Assembly: GCA_977020255.1 (NCBI GenBank)
Contig: CDROCS010004697.1
Coordinates: forward strand, 1-53,351
Source of the DNA: Obrimoposthia wandeli
Taxonomy: Eukaryota
Length of the DNA: 53,351 bases
Direction of reading: 5' to 3'
The notes below the pieces were generated by a model. That model was not told where the DNA came from. It did no database searches and saw only the letters and a program-made list of their open reading frames with translations. This document shows, piece by piece, positions 1 to 15,800 of the stretch (its first letter is position 1; every line of letters starts with the position of its first letter). Both the position numbers and the translations under genes were made by a program.

Positions 1-864
1 TGCCATGCATTGCTAAAATTCAAATTAAATGAGCTTGAGGAATAAAAAACTGATTACTGGAGAAATTTTTGACTTACTTATTATGTTTCAGAAAATTATT
101 GGCAAACACCTTTGCTAATATTGGTCAATTGTTAAAAATCCCATTGTGTTTTTTTGTACAATCGACTAACAAAGATGTTAATTATTACCGCAATTTGCCA
201 AATCTCTCCAAGTCCAGACCAACTTAGAGAGTTTATTTCAAACAGTAGCCATCAAAACGGTAACTTTGGTCATAATCATCACAATTACGACTACCACAGG
301 GATAGCTTTTACACGGTATATATCTGTTTGAAGATATCTGTTTGAAATAAATTTTGCGGATATTTCCCTTGCATAATTAGTGACTGCTAACTTTCACTAA
401 TATGTAGTGCTGCTACACAACCGCACTGCAGATTAACAACACTTGTCTGTGATGCAAGATCGTATACAAAGCCTACCACAAATAGCCGTGACTTACAAAT
501 ATTTTCAAGCTCTAATCGGCTAAGTTCCGTTTACGTATGAAGTTTAAAGTGCAATTCTACAACAATTTTCGTCGTAAAAATTGCAAGAAAATAAATGATA
601 TTAAAATATTGTTGAAGAAGTATAATGAAGAGTTTATGTGACATTTAGTTCAAGCTAAAATAAACTACATCCCATCAAGTTCATGTGGCAAAGATACTGT
701 AAAACTATATTTGTATGAACCTTTAGATAGTGACTGATCATTAAATTCCGTCGCTTTATAAATGTTTGTTATCTTATTTATTCAAATTGATAATGAAAAT
801 TGATTAGATGACAAAATCTTGTATTTAAATTAATTATTTATGCTTGTTTTTTTCACAATTTCAG

Positions 865-3800
865 CAAAGGGAAGTTCAACAGGATATACGACAGGAAGCT
901 CCGAGCAAAGGTTTGTATTTGAGGGTATTGTGTGTCTGATTTAAGCCTAATTGCAGTCGTTGTTGCGGTTTTTGGAAGATCCAACCGGCGACGTACCTTG
1001 GGAAGAGGATGAGAGGGCCAAGGACGTTGTGCACATCAAGCATTCAGAGGTGCGACTACCTGTTGTCTCTGGACTCATTCACCACTCGCTTCGCCTATTC
1101 AGGATTTACAGAAGATCGGCCAGAACTACAAAAACAACATTCCAAACATGGTACTGATGTTCTATGCACCATGTGAGTCGCTGCATTTCAAAATGCGGAA
1201 GCAAAGATTAACTATCACACATTCATACCTGAATATTTTTATGAATCATTTTCTTTCTAAATAAATGATGAGTGTAAAAATTCCAATATAATATAGAATT
1301 ATGGGAAATGTTTACAGATGAAACTGCTACATCTATCATACTGAAATATTATCAAATGTGATATAATTAATGGATTAGAAAGATATTGAAATACATGCAA
1401 ATGAGCTGAATTGGTTTAAAAGTTATTTACTTTTGCTTACATAAACAGATACTGTCAGACAAATTTTTCCATCACATTTATGTTGATTTGAATGACCAGA
1501 ATCTTAATTCGGAAATAAAACTGAGGCTATATTGGTTGAATCTTTGAAAAACATAAACCATATTAAGAAGAACACAGTTTCATAAATGTCAGTGAAAATA
1601 TTATTACTTTCAAAACTAAAATGAAGAACGTTGATAGAAAATTTTACAATGAATTGTCAAATCAATAAAGTTTTTACATTCAACTGAGTTAACTACAGTG
1701 CTAACGCATATGATTATTAGATGAAGACTTGATTTTCAGAATTCTTTATTGTCAAATATTCACACTCAACAATTCAATTAAATACAATTTTTTTAAAAAC
1801 AAATTTCTCTAGAGTTATATTCAAATTAAAGAAGTGCGAGTACAATTGAACATTTAATGAAGCTGAATTGGCTGCTGAACAATAGCAGACTTGAATTCAA
1901 GAACCTGTTTATTATCAGAATATGCATTCTCTCACAAAAGTTCATATATTTCTATGATCCTCTCGAACCTGTTTCAGTGAGCATGTATTTGCATCTTAGA
2001 AGCAACGATGATGACTACATTAGTTTAGAAATTCTTAAATAACAAACCAAGTGATGGAATATTTGAATCTTTACAACAATTTACCGATGAATATAAGAAA
2101 CTGTAACAATGTTGAAAAATCCACGAAGCACCTGAAGTATGTACTACTCAGAAAATATAATGAATGATAATCTGTATGCTCACACAATTTATCTTTCATT
2201 CATTTTCAACGATAGACGTTTTGATACGTGTACTGTTTTAGTGAAATTTCTATTTTCATAACGCTTTTAACGAGCCATTTAAATTGATTTAATGTATACA
2301 CTTAATACTTTGAGGACTCTGCGTGAGAAAAACAATATAATACAAATAAATTATGGTACTGCTGCTTTGTCAATAAATTTATCCAACCTCGTGAAGTGCC
2401 ATTGAATAATCAATTTTGAGACAATCATTCCATTTTAATTATTTCTTCTTTGCTTTCGAACATTGTTTTAAATAATGCATGGGTTCATGTTTTCCATCCG
2501 TGTTTGAAACAATGAAACGGTGTGTAGAGACAGAATTATTTACCATAAATTTATGATTATTTGGGAGTACAGATAGTAGACTTAGTGCACCCTAATCTTT
2601 GTACTATCTCAGTAATTCTTTGTCCGACTTTGCTTTGCCCTCATCAAACCGTTTCATTCAAATGTAGCCTTATGAATCTAAATTGATGGATGGTGCATGG
2701 GGGTGTATGCTATGAAAGCCATCTCTATCATGTATGTTTATATTGATCATGGTATGCCATTGGCGGTAATCGTCCGCAAAGAAGAGACTTAAGCCCTCGA
2801 TGCAATGCAGGGTGCGGCTTCTGCAAGACGATGAAGCCCCATTTTGCGGGAGCAGCCACTGCGATGCGGCCGGAGAAGGTGCTATTTTTGGGTATCAATG
2901 GTGACCTCAGCGCCACAGAGGATCTCAAGCAGGCATTCAATATCACTGGGTACCCTAGCATCTTCCTCATTCAGTGAGTCAGCTCAGAGCGGTCGAAACA
3001 CACTTACTCTATACATGCTGAATATATGTACTTCAGAAGCACTAGAGATTGGAAAACTAATGCTCTGGGTAAACTTCCACATCCATTCCCTCCAAAACTG
3101 TTCTTTTTTCTAAATGAAATGGGAATTTTTTGTAGTTCTTCAAATTGAAAATAAACACAACTTAGAATAAAATGCAATTCTTATGGACCAAAACCTAAAA
3201 TTTAATGATGAAAATTATAAATTTATTCAGTGGAAAATTAAAATTAGATACATTTGTAAACTAGAACAAATAATCAAAACATTATTTAAGGGATTTACAC
3301 GAAATTGCGTTATTAATAAAAGTAAATAGAGGGGGAAAATCTCGAGAAGACTACACAGGTTTATGTAAATTGAAGATTGTATTTTATTCTGCAGAGACGG
3401 AAATCGAGTTTTCAAGTTTGATAATGAGGCCTCCCAGGAAGCACTTATAAAGTTTGTCAAAAAGTGAGTTTGTATTTTCTTTCAACTCCCTCCACTTCTC
3501 TTTTTCTTAATCCATCTTCATCCACCTCCCTCCATCTTTGACCATCTCCATTGTATTTCATTTCCCTCCATATTCATTATATTTCATGCGTCTTGCTATA
3601 TCTCTTTCAAATGTCCTTAATCATCTATTCTCTTATACAGTCCGACCGTATCTGCTAAACGCGCTGACGAACCCTGGTCCCAGGACACAAGCGAGATTGA
3701 CTTCCTCACAGACGATACCTTCCATTCCTTTGTGGACCAGCATGAGTCGGTCCTCGTCATGTTCTATGCTCCCTGTGAGTTGGATGTACTCATGTATCGA

Positions 3801-6800
3801 ATTCGTAAATTTACATATCATTTCAATCGAAGATGTACACTCAACAAATTTAAAATGCGACTGAATGGATGCGCTGGCATTCCGCTTGGTCGCTACTAAT
3901 TTTGAAAAATATGCAGTGCCGATATCAGATGTGTATAATTCATAAAGGAGCCTTCGACCAACTAATGCATTGTAAGTAGCTTTGTGTGTGTGGAGGCGCG
4001 CGCTTCTCAGTTTATGTCGTCGCCAAACTTTCGATTACCACTCCCTGAGACCCATTCTGTATTGAATCACACTACAGTTCAATTCATTCATAGTCACTGC
4101 GACGGCTTTGTGGAAGAGCGATGTTTGTTGCTGAGTATTTATTAGGTAATTATTGATGACAAGTAGATTGATTTATTAGTTTTTTTATTTTTTTACTTCG
4201 GTTATACGTTGATTTTCTATTGTGTATATATATTTATTACTCTAAGTTGTGCAAAATTATTTGATTATTGCTTAGTTTAGTGTCTTATGATGTTCTTATG
4301 AAGAACAAGGCCTATTAAGTTTCAAGATGACCTGGGAAAGACAGCATCGACAGAGAATGTAGCGTGCGCCTCTTATTATTTTTATAAATCACAATACATT
4401 AGTTGCACCTTTTCAAAATTCATACGGCTCGGAAATCTGTACTTTCATATCCTTCAAAATTAGTAGCAACTAAGCTGAGTGCAAGCTCCTCCATTTAGTC
4501 GCATTTTGAAATTGGTCGAGTTTACGTTGCGTGATATTTTCCTTTTTAAATATTCTCAAATTTATTGTGTGATATCAAAAATTGTATATTTTGAATGTTG
4601 CTTATTTGGACGATTCAAAATGGAATGTTCTGTTTGCCGACGTTTCTTATAAATTATGAATTTTTCTAACCCACACACTTTGTTTCCCATTTTCTGAAGA
4701 AACAGTGACATAACAGTAACATAACATGACATAACTTGCACCGAGTCTGTTCAAAACTGTAAATCACTTGCAAATGTGAAACCGGGTGTTAGTGTGTCTT
4801 TTCTATCCAGGGTGTGGCCACTGCAAGAAGATGAAGCCCGAGATCATCAAGGCCGCCAAGATGCTCGAATCGGATACGGTGAGTTCTCATCTGGTCCACT
4901 ATCCTCTCCAGCTTACCAATGTGCCCACTAACTGTTGGATGCTCACGATACAGTACCTCTGATCTACTGGTGAATTTGTTGCCGAAGAAGGCTTATGTTT
5001 CCAACTGATTTTATACCTACATCACGGGTTAGTTAAATGTAGAGTCAACTCTTCTCAACAGCCCATTGCTAGATAGGAGCGGATATCGAATTTTGGAGAA
5101 ATGAGCACAACTATATTATAAACAAATATAAGAACAATTTCACAACATATTTATTCCATTTTTCTATTTCCTTTCATAAATCTTGCATGTTTACTTCTGC
5201 AGCTTCACCATACAAGACACATGACTTATATCCCTAACTTATCTTGAGTTAGGATAGTCGACCGGAATTTGCTTTAATATATGAACTTCTACGTCCTTGG
5301 TGACTTTGAGGGCTTTCTATCGAGTAGATATTTGATGGCTCGCTTTTCTTGAAATCCCTTGTACATTTTTACATCTGCTTCTTCTTATTGCATGCTCCTC
5401 GTTCTTTTCTTAGAAGACGGTACAGGAAAATTCATAATATCCGCCTTTACTTGGAAAATTGAATCTTGCAGTCTTGGACTTGTGAACTTTTCATTTGTGA
5501 CTGCTTGACACTTGGAATACAGAGGCTTATTTATAAATTGGGTAACTTTTCGGCAAACCTCTATTTTCCCAATTGGGGTCTAAATATAGATTTAATTAAG
5601 GATTGTCAGAAATAATTTAACGTTAAAATGTTTATTTAATATTGTTAATAATCAAAACTTAAATGTCGCTTTTTCATAACAATGAAATATATAAAATAAC
5701 TGAAAATATTTTTGAATAAATCAAACCAAACTATTTTCACTATTTTTCAGTATCATTATAATTTTTTCATTTATTATCAGAAAATAGTACTATGATTTTG
5801 GAGCTTCGAGAAAGTAAAATTTAATTTTAGAACATTTGAAAATTCAAAGCAGCTGTTGCTTTATGCTAACTTGGAGTCTCATTTACTATCCCGATATTTT
5901 ATTTCTCGCTCTTTAGAAATCCGGCAAGATCGCGGCTTTGGATGCCACAGAAAACAAAAACATATCAAACTCCTTCAACATTACAGGCTTTCCCACCTTC
6001 AAGTATTTCAAGTGAGTAATTCCTGATTTCAAATGGCAAATAATCTGAAATAGATGAAAACATGTTTATCTAAAATTGTGACCTAATGTTTCAAAAGGAA
6101 ATTCCTAAGTTTTGCTGTACAACTCCGAATAAATTTAATCAACATTCATATTCTTAAAACTTAACATCTTCATTTACACTCTTATTCTTGTAATTTTTAT
6201 TCAATTTTGGCAACAAAAATTATATTAATGCACATTTTTAGTTTTCAAAATTTGCATTAACCTAACTCAAAATAAGTAGAAAAGAATCATAAAGATAATT
6301 AATTTTATATCGAATAGAATAATTAGAAATCTGTACAATCAGTACTCGTAAATCCGACAAAAAATTTCGATTACAAATAAAGAAATATTTTATAATAATT
6401 CAGTTAGAACTGACACATTTGATTCTTATATTTAAGACAATAAATTAAGATAATTTTCAACTATTTATATTATTATTAAAGCTGTGATTATAGTCATAAA
6501 ACATTAAATTTCGTTAGTTTTTTAGTCACAAATAAATTCAAATTTAGTCATTAATAAATTGTATTAAAACACCAATCATATTAAACACATTTATTCAATT
6601 GTTTTTTCATAATATCTTTAGTTAATGATTACTTAGTATCAGGTAGAATGTTCCGATACGCCGAAATTGACCTCTCCACTCCCACAGAATTAATAAGAGC
6701 ACTTTGGAGGGCAGCTAATTTTCTTAAATGATATAATTCTATATTAGGACCTACAAGCTTTTGAAGTCCCCGATTCATGTTTAGAACATCTTCAAGTTTT

Positions 6801-9800
6801 TCTAACACATCTAACTCAAACTTTATTTTCATATCATTAATACGCACAAAAATATAGTTGGAGTAACATCCCTAACAATAATTAAATCTACAAGTGGAAT
6901 GTACTTCGTCTTTATAGTTAATAAATCATTCTTGATTGCATTATTACAAAGAATTTCTTTGATCTCAGCAATACTTGAAGCTTCAGAGGGATCATATTTC
7001 ATTACAAATGAAGATATAGCTTCTAAATGTTCAACATAATATGACACGGCTTCTAACCACTTTTCAAAGGAGCCTTACTAAACATTCTTTTGCCGTTCTT
7101 GACTACAGCATTCATTTTAGTAATTTTACTTTTGATATATTCAGCAACTCTATTTAAACCATGTGCTAAACAAGTTACAGGAATATTCTTTGGGTGAATT
7201 TGTGTTAATATAATAATTTATTATCAATATGTAAATTTAAATACCTGATATAGCACAAACGTATTAAGTAAATAATCTCTATTTATTAGAATTCCCAATT
7301 AATCCAGGAATGGTGAATTCCAGTTCGACGTCAACGAACGCTCAGCGGAGGGTCTGGTAACGTTTATGAATGAGTGCGTGTTTAAGCTAATTTTACTCAA
7401 AAATATTTAAAATATAATATGGTCAAAAACTCAATAAAGTCTTTTCAAAGTGGTTTCTGTTTTAAAACTTTTGTTTATATATTTTTATATCGTCGATTGG
7501 ATAATTTGTTATAATTTATGGGATAATTGTCAGTAAAAAATGAATTATTTCCATTTTTCGGTATTTCTCTCATTCTAATTACTTTGTAGATAAAATAAAA
7601 TATGTTCAAAATATTGTAAATCTATTTATTTTCTTCTTTTTTTCTTCATCTATTTATTTTCTCCAACTCTAGACCGTACCCAGTATATATACGTAAAATA
7701 GAATATGTACAAAGGAAAATTAAATAAGCTTAGGAATAAATGGGAGAACTGGATGATCGATGGTATCCAGACATTCATGAAAAGGGGAAATCAGAAGTCT
7801 TCAGTTATAGTCTGATTTGTAATTAGATTCAAGAGAGTTGGAATGGGATATCAGTTATATCACACAAAATGATTTACGAAAGGCTGACATTTATGATAAA
7901 ATTGCAAATAAATCAACTGATGAAGAATTGACGAAGAAATCATTCACATTTTAGATATATTTACAATGGTTTCTGATAAAGGCTTTGAGTGATGTATCAG
8001 TGGAATATCGAAATACCTTCGGTTTACACTGATTTAGTTTCATTTGGCGTATTGTCTTGTTAATTTTTGATTTATGTGCTTGGTTGGGAAGCTTAAACAT
8101 CGATCATATATGCCACGATATATCTCAGTTCATTTAATTTGTGAAGAAACGAAAATGATCGATGGTCCTATGCATGACTTTAGTAAGAACACTAGCAGTG
8201 TTAACGTCATATTACTTTCATATATACAGAATATTTGCTCTAAGTAAAAGCTTCTTTTATTTCATGTTCTAAATGTGTTTTTAAAAAGAAATTAAACTTG
8301 ATATTAATGAGGTAACCTTTCTGACAAGAAAACTCATTTGTCTCTGTTGTGTCCCCAAAAATCAACTATAGGCATCCAGATTTTTTGTCTGTTAACAATC
8401 CTCCTCTTTCGTCTAGTCCTAAAGAACCACCGCCACCGGAGAAGGTCGTACCTTGGAACGAAGAAGAATCAGCTGTGACACATCCATCCAGTGCCGAGGA
8501 TTTCAAGGCTGTCCTGAAGCGCTCCAAGCACGCCCTCGTTATGTACTACGCGCCCTGTGAGTAGTGATACTTTACTACCCTCATTGCATTTTCAGAATTG
8601 GGAACAAACTTTTGTGTAGCTGAAAAAATTATAATGTTTAAGTTTTCTCTATTTTGCTCCAGTTTTCTTTTAGATTTGATTGTCAAATTTTCACATTACA
8701 TAGCTGTCATATTTACTTGATAGGAAGAACAGTGTCTTCTAGTCGCCATGTCCAATTCATCTAGCTTCTTCCGATATCCTGCATCTCCTTTCTCAACTAT
8801 AATGGCCCTGCCATGCCAAACTCGGGATTTTTGTGCACCAGTTCGCGGTTTTTGATGACGCTTTCGCTCCTAGTAACATACAGCTCCAACATAAATGACT
8901 TATCCTCATTGCCGTGCAGGGTGTGGCTACTGCAAAAAGGTGAAACCCGAGTTCACGGCAGCCGCTGATCAGTTGCTGCGATCGCTGGATGACACCGATG
9001 GTCCTATCAAATCAGTGTTTGTGGCTGTAGACTGCACTTTGGAGGCGTTTGTGACGCTGTGTGGTGCTGAAAATGTTACGGGATTCCCGACGCTGACGTA
9101 CTACAACTACGGCAAGCGGACCGCACACAGTGACTACAGCCTAGAGCGGGAGCGCCACGAGTTTGTTGCCTTCATGCGGAGACCGCATGACCCTGTGCGT
9201 GATCCTCGCAGACATTGGGCCGGTGTCGAGGGCGGCAGTGAAGCCGTGGAGATGCTCCAAAGCAGCGGGTTTGTTCAGGCCATCGTAGGCCGCGCTGGCG
9301 GTGTCATCGTCATGTTCTATGCACCCTGTAAGTCATATCTTTAGGTTATATCAAGGTGTCTCATAAGTATTTTCGTTTTATTCATGACCATTCTTTAAAC
9401 TTATTATACTGAGGAACGTTTGTTAAAAAATTATTCGAACTATATATCATTCAAAAGTGCAAAAATTGAAATTTCTAAAAATATAAAAGTAATTTTTTAA
9501 CATTTATAATAATTTACAAGTTTTTTACCCTGATACTATCCTCTTTTAACCTATTTTAGTTTTATATTATTAATTTAGTTTTCCCTCAAATACAATATAA
9601 CTAATGGACATGTCATTTTGAATTCTGTGATTTATTAGGGTGTCTCATAAGTATTTTAGTTTTTACATACCTATTCTTTAAATCTATTTTATAGAGAAAC
9701 GTTTGTTAAAAAATATTAAAATATTTTTAAAAAAATTAAAATTGCAAAAACTAAAAAATATAACATTATTTAATTTTTATTTAATATAATATATTTTGAG

Positions 9801-12800
9801 CTTATTATAATGAGTGTTACAAACATTAAAGTTTTGTCAGTTTTAAGACATTATTTGAAACAAGGCGTATACGCTTCTGAAGCTACAATATTTATATGCA
9901 AATACTAAGGAGAAAACGTATTTTCACAACTTACAGCTCAAAATTGGTACATTAGGTTTAGCCTTAAAGTTAGATCTAGATTCTAAAGGCCTTTGTCTTA
10001 CGATTCTACAGATCTTCGTAAAATAGTTGAAGCTGATTCAAGAATGTCTACAAGAGATTTAGGTGCTGATTTAGAGTTTTCTAAAGATATAGAGGGCTAC
10101 GACAATTAGGAAAAGTAAATAGAATGTGTAATCATGTCAGAAGATCAAAAAATGGAAAGATCAAAAATTTGTGAAAAGTTACTGAAATATCCATTGAATG
10201 ATATTAGGTTGTTACATATGAAATGTCGTATTTTTAACATATATTTTCAACTTCAGATTTTTCTTTGAAATTGAAACATATTTTTTGTTTTAAGATATCA
10301 GTTAATATCTATGAAATTTCAACTTTTTAAATATGTAAGTTTCGTTTCATAATATTTTAAATTAATGACATTACTTTACATAGAATTTTAAGACGAAACT
10401 CGGTCATAGTGCATCTGATGCAAGCAGAAACATAAATAATGGATTTGGAGAAAGTACAGCCAACGTTGGTTTAAAAAAATTTAATGATTGAGATACAAGT
10501 CTTCAAAATGAGGAGCGAGGCTGTCCGGAGTCCGTCGTTGATGACACAGTTTGGAAGGATTTAGGAGAGTGATCCTCGCCAAAGTCTCAAAGAACTTGCT
10601 GACGTTTTACAAGTATTAAATGCGACAACCTTTTTTGAATTGAATTGTAACATGTGACAAAAAGTGGATAAAATATAACAATCGACGTCGCTCGGCTCAA
10701 TGGGTTGATAAAAATGAAACTCCTAAACACTTTCCAAAGCCTGAAGTTTACGAAAAGAAGATAATGGTTACTGTATGGTGGTTAGCAGCTGGTATTGTTC
10801 ATTATAACTTTCTCAATTCTGGTGAAACTATTGATTCCAAAAAGTACTGTGTAGAAATAAAAGAAATGTATAGAAAATTGTTGATTAAACAGCCTTCATT
10901 AGTTAATAGAAAATGTCCTTTTATTTTACATGACGTTGCTAGACCACATATTTCTAAAGTTACTAGTCTAAAGCTTAAACAACGTCGATATGAAGTCTTA
11001 CCTCACCCTCCGTACTCTCCAGACTTAGCAACAATATATTTTCATTTTACCAATCACTTACAGACATTTATCGACGGTAGAGTGTTCAGAGACGACAGGT
11101 CTGTCAAAAGTGACTTTTTGGCCTCCATAGATTCAGAATTTCATCAAAATGGAATAAATAAACTTATGCATAAATTGCAGCAATGTACTGATGCTTATAG
11201 TTCTTATTTTGATTAAATAAACTTAGTTTTGGACAGTTATTAACTTTTGGTTCTTTTTATATCAAAGTACGACCTTTCCCATGTAACAACCTAATAGAAT
11301 TTTTTTAAACGGATTATTACTAGTGATGAAAAATGGGTTTATTTACGTCACTCAGATAAAAGAAACCAGAGCATTTCAAGAAGCAGTTGAAGGCTTTACT
11401 GTTTTGAAAATATTAGGAAAATTAACGGGAATCCGGAAGGGCTTTTGAGTAATAGATCATATATATATCAAATATTAGCGCTGTATTAAATTATTGTTAT
11501 TATATTTTGAATTTTTGAACCATTTAGAAAGTCCATCTGATTTTTAATTGAATTATTAACATTTAAGATAGTTTTTTTAATAATTTAATTGTACAAGCGT
11601 AATTTGATCATAAGGTTTAACCTTAAAATATATAATTTAAATGCGCGCATTTTCAAATATTATGATTAAATTTTTTCAAGTTCTAACTAAACTTATTTTC
11701 ATTGTAACACATGTAATACATATCGATTTAATTAATAAAAACCAAAAAACGTTTACATTATTTTTAAAACGGCGAGTAACAGACACTCATTTGTCTATTT
11801 CTATATTGAAATGATAAACTAAAATATCCAAAGTTACGTTACACTGCATCTTTGAAGCAATACAAGTAGGACTTACATTTAAGTAGTGTTGTGCAATTAT
11901 GCAAACAGTAGCTTCGCTGCATTTATCATTATTTGGTTGATATTTAATGGTTTACATTGCTCTTGTTCTTCTAGGTACTTGGGGTCGTCTTTCTAGCAAT
12001 TCACTAGAAAATTAATTTTCTGAAAATCAAGCATTCAAATTGACATTTTTACTTATCATCCATCTTTATCATGTTTTCCCTTCTAAGCAAATCGATGATT
12101 CGTGATTTATGATGTAGGCAGGGGAACGGAGGGTGATCAATGAATCTTGAGTACTCAACCAACTAATGAATGCGAGAATGAAGAGACTCGGCATTGAAGT
12201 TGACATGCCCCCGTAATTTCTATTTGTTTCAAGAATATTAGCGATTTCCAGTATGGTTTGTCCTCATTTGAACGAGGTCTATTTCCGACAAGGAGTAATT
12301 GGAATTTATTGCCCAATGAGTCATTGTCATGTAGGCCAATAAGTAGGTGCAATGAGCCAGCCGCTTCTCAACTCATAGCGATCGGAGCTGCTCTCAACAC
12401 AATCTTGGTAATCTCATTAGAACCAAATACAGACAGCTGTTGTCCCTGGGGCCTCACAAGTCCATGGTTTGACTGCCCAGCGATCAATGTCACTATATCG
12501 ATCCTTAGCACATGTTGCTGCCCTCTGATTTAGCGGGCTCTCACTCAGGGAATCTAGCCCTCCACGTATTGATCCTTTACTATTTGGTTACTGGTTTCAG
12601 ATTACATTTTCTCCAACAACTCCACCGCAATTGGAAGCTTCTAGTTTGATTAATAGTTCACATAATTCGACACTGTTCCTTTCGTTTTATGTACAATCCA
12701 GTTTGCTTAAATTGGCTCGTTACTGTTTGTGATTACGTACATTCTGCAACTTAGCACTCTACAACACAAATAATTTCAATGCACATACAAACTCAAGGTC

Positions 12801-15800
12801 ACTGTTCTCTCTGTAACGTGGTGGCCCTTCTATAATACAAACGTACCTTGACTCGTCTTTACATCTTTAATACTCTGAATAACTCAAATTTTATCAATTT
12901 CTTATGCCCAAGTTGTTGTTTAATTTGGTATTGTTATCTTTGCATTTTATCCAAACGCAAGTTCTAGTATAGATTTTTCTCAAACAATATACTGAATCAT
13001 CAAAGTGCGACATTCTCAAATATTTAATGTATCGTGGATTCGGAATATTCGCTAAAATGAGGAAGGGAAAGCAAAAGGTGGTCTGGGTCAAAACAGTTTT
13101 ATCTTTTAATTGTAAAATGTAGTGCCCATTGTTCTGACTCGAGGTCAGTCGTTTTGGAGAAAGAGGGGTGAAAGCGTCTAAAACTTAAATAGCTAAAAAT
13201 ATAGAATAAATTGCAAAGAGTTAGGGGTTGGTTGGCGATGTATTGGCGTTGGCTGCTATAAGAAATGAAAGAGATAATGTGTGTGTGTGTGTGTGTTGCT
13301 CCCGTTATATAAATTATGTAAGTATGACATATTATGTTATTGAAGTTTATGGATTTGGTTGTTGGCTGCTGTTGCCAAAGTATGTGGATAGTCTTTGGAA
13401 TTTGAATTGTAAATAAATCGAAAAGTTTGTCAAGGACTTTTATGACTTCTAAATTGCCCAAGGAACCCTCTCAATATCCATAATTTGTATGCAGTAGGTA
13501 ATGGGCCAACACCACCATCAAAAATGGTAAGGGAAACGATGACAGCTCAACATTTTTATGTCATAGCGCATACGTCTGTAAAGTTTCGTCTTCATGAGCA
13601 ACCTGACAATTCCTCAAGACAGCGGGGATATAACTAAGTTGATCGTGAATTGTGTCACAAAAATTGGCAGTCATTATCATTCACCGAGGGAGAGGGTATT
13701 CGAAACCCTCTGCTATCTTTGGAATCTAATTATTACCTCGTCACAAAACTATTCAAACAAATTTGATGCTGGAATGCTAAGAAAGCAGCTACCCATTTGT
13801 AATACCTTGTGGTGGATGATGAACTCACAGGTGGTGTTTTCTTCAATTATGGAGCACTACAATGGGAGCTGGAATTGGTTAACTTTGACTCCTCCCGTAG
13901 AATCAAGGCGGATCATTTTCAAAGGCTCTAGATGAATGTTTACAGTCAAGTGCTTTTGCTGGGCTCAACACTGTGGTCAATATGAACAAATCTCTACGGT
14001 TACCCGTTAGAGTGAAACATTGAGAACCAAAAACGTATCTATTTTTCATTGGTCGATTTAAGCTGCTTATGTGCGGCGATGGAATTATTAAAAGATCTTA
14101 AACTTCTTAGTTTAAAAATCTATCGTTCTTGTACATGATATCAAAGTAAAGTTCTGTGAAATTGATATGAATGAGATGAATAAAATAACTCTGTCTACTG
14201 AGGAAGTTGAAATGCTGAGTTAGTGCCAAACTTTTTTCATCTGAAAAAAATCCATGTAACTGCTGATAAATGACCCAAATTTTAAAGTAATTTTTATTTG
14301 GTAATTTTTCGATATATATTTGAATAATGAATTTGTGCATATTTTGCCCTATCCTTTCTGTCTGTAATAAAACATATCTCACAATTACGGTTTATGATGA
14401 ATTTAGCCAAACATTAGCACAGCTTTCTAGAACAGTAAGGATGTATACTTCTTTCTTAGTTCACAACGAGTTTACAGCATCAAACGATTAAATACTTTAA
14501 AAATACACATGGTTAAAATTCCAAATCTTTTTCAAGGTTAAACCGCAATTTGACCTTGTGACCAAGATGTTAATTGACTCTCCCCGCAGGGTGTGGACAT
14601 TGTACCGCGATGAAGCCTGCGTTTGTGGCTGCTGCCAATGCTCTTGCCGACTCTCTGGTGAGGATTTTTCAATGTCCCCTATTTTCTTCATAGTTTGTGA
14701 AAATTTCTAAAAGGTCACCTTTCTGGGATTGTACGTAATTTTTTTTATTATGTTTAACACTTCTCCCGATTGGGAGCAATAATTATACAAGAGATTTTCC
14801 GAGAAAACATAAATGTTTATTGAAAGACATTTCATTAAGATTAGCTTTTATACCATTTTTGTAAAATTAAACTTCCCCAAAAGATTTTCCTATGACCTAT
14901 TTTGACACAAAACAAAAGTAAAATATTTTAAAAATTTTATTAAAAATGATTCGTTCCTTTAACTACCTTCAGAAAAACTTCTGGATAATAATATCTTCAT
15001 AATTATAATTATTCGTGTAAATTCTATTAACTAATGTTTCTCAAATACTATCCATAATATTAACGGCCGAGGTATATAAGCAATACTATTTTTATCAAAG
15101 CAAGAGGAGGCTGGAAGTGACATTATTTATATGAATGAGATTGCCATATATCCCTAATTCATATTTGTCCAAGATTGTGAAGCTCTTCGATTCAGAAATT
15201 AATTTTCTGCATCTTTCATCATACCATTATTAATATTCATCTTGGTCTTCTAGGAAGAATCTTCTTTTCAATGGAAAACCTAATTTTATCTCTTCTGCAA
15301 GTATCTTCTTTTAGAAATTTTACCTTGGTTGTTTTTGAACATTTGTGAGCCTTTAGTTGGAGGTGTATCTTATTTATTTTCATACAAATGTCACCCAGAG
15401 TGTACACAGTTTCTAATCACTATACAGTAAATTTTTGATGCTAGAACTACACAGTCTGTATCTTAAACATGTCACCTTATGTATTGAAGTGTCCGTCTGT
15501 CGGACAGGGAAGGTTTCAAACTTTGACTGTCTGAGTTGAGTCCAATTTTGTATAGATATATATATGTCCTCTCTATTCAAGATCAACATAAGTCTGTTAC
15601 ACAAAATAACTAAATATCAGAAATGTCTTATATTTCAATTATGTATCAATTAAATATTTATAAATTATAATTTTATTCCCGTAAAATTCCTTCTAAATAT
15701 TTTTAAGAATCTTTTATTTAATATTGAAAATTAAAAATTTTGTATAAAATGTTATTTCATTTTTATAAATTTGTCCTTTTTACAAGTGCTTAAATTATTT

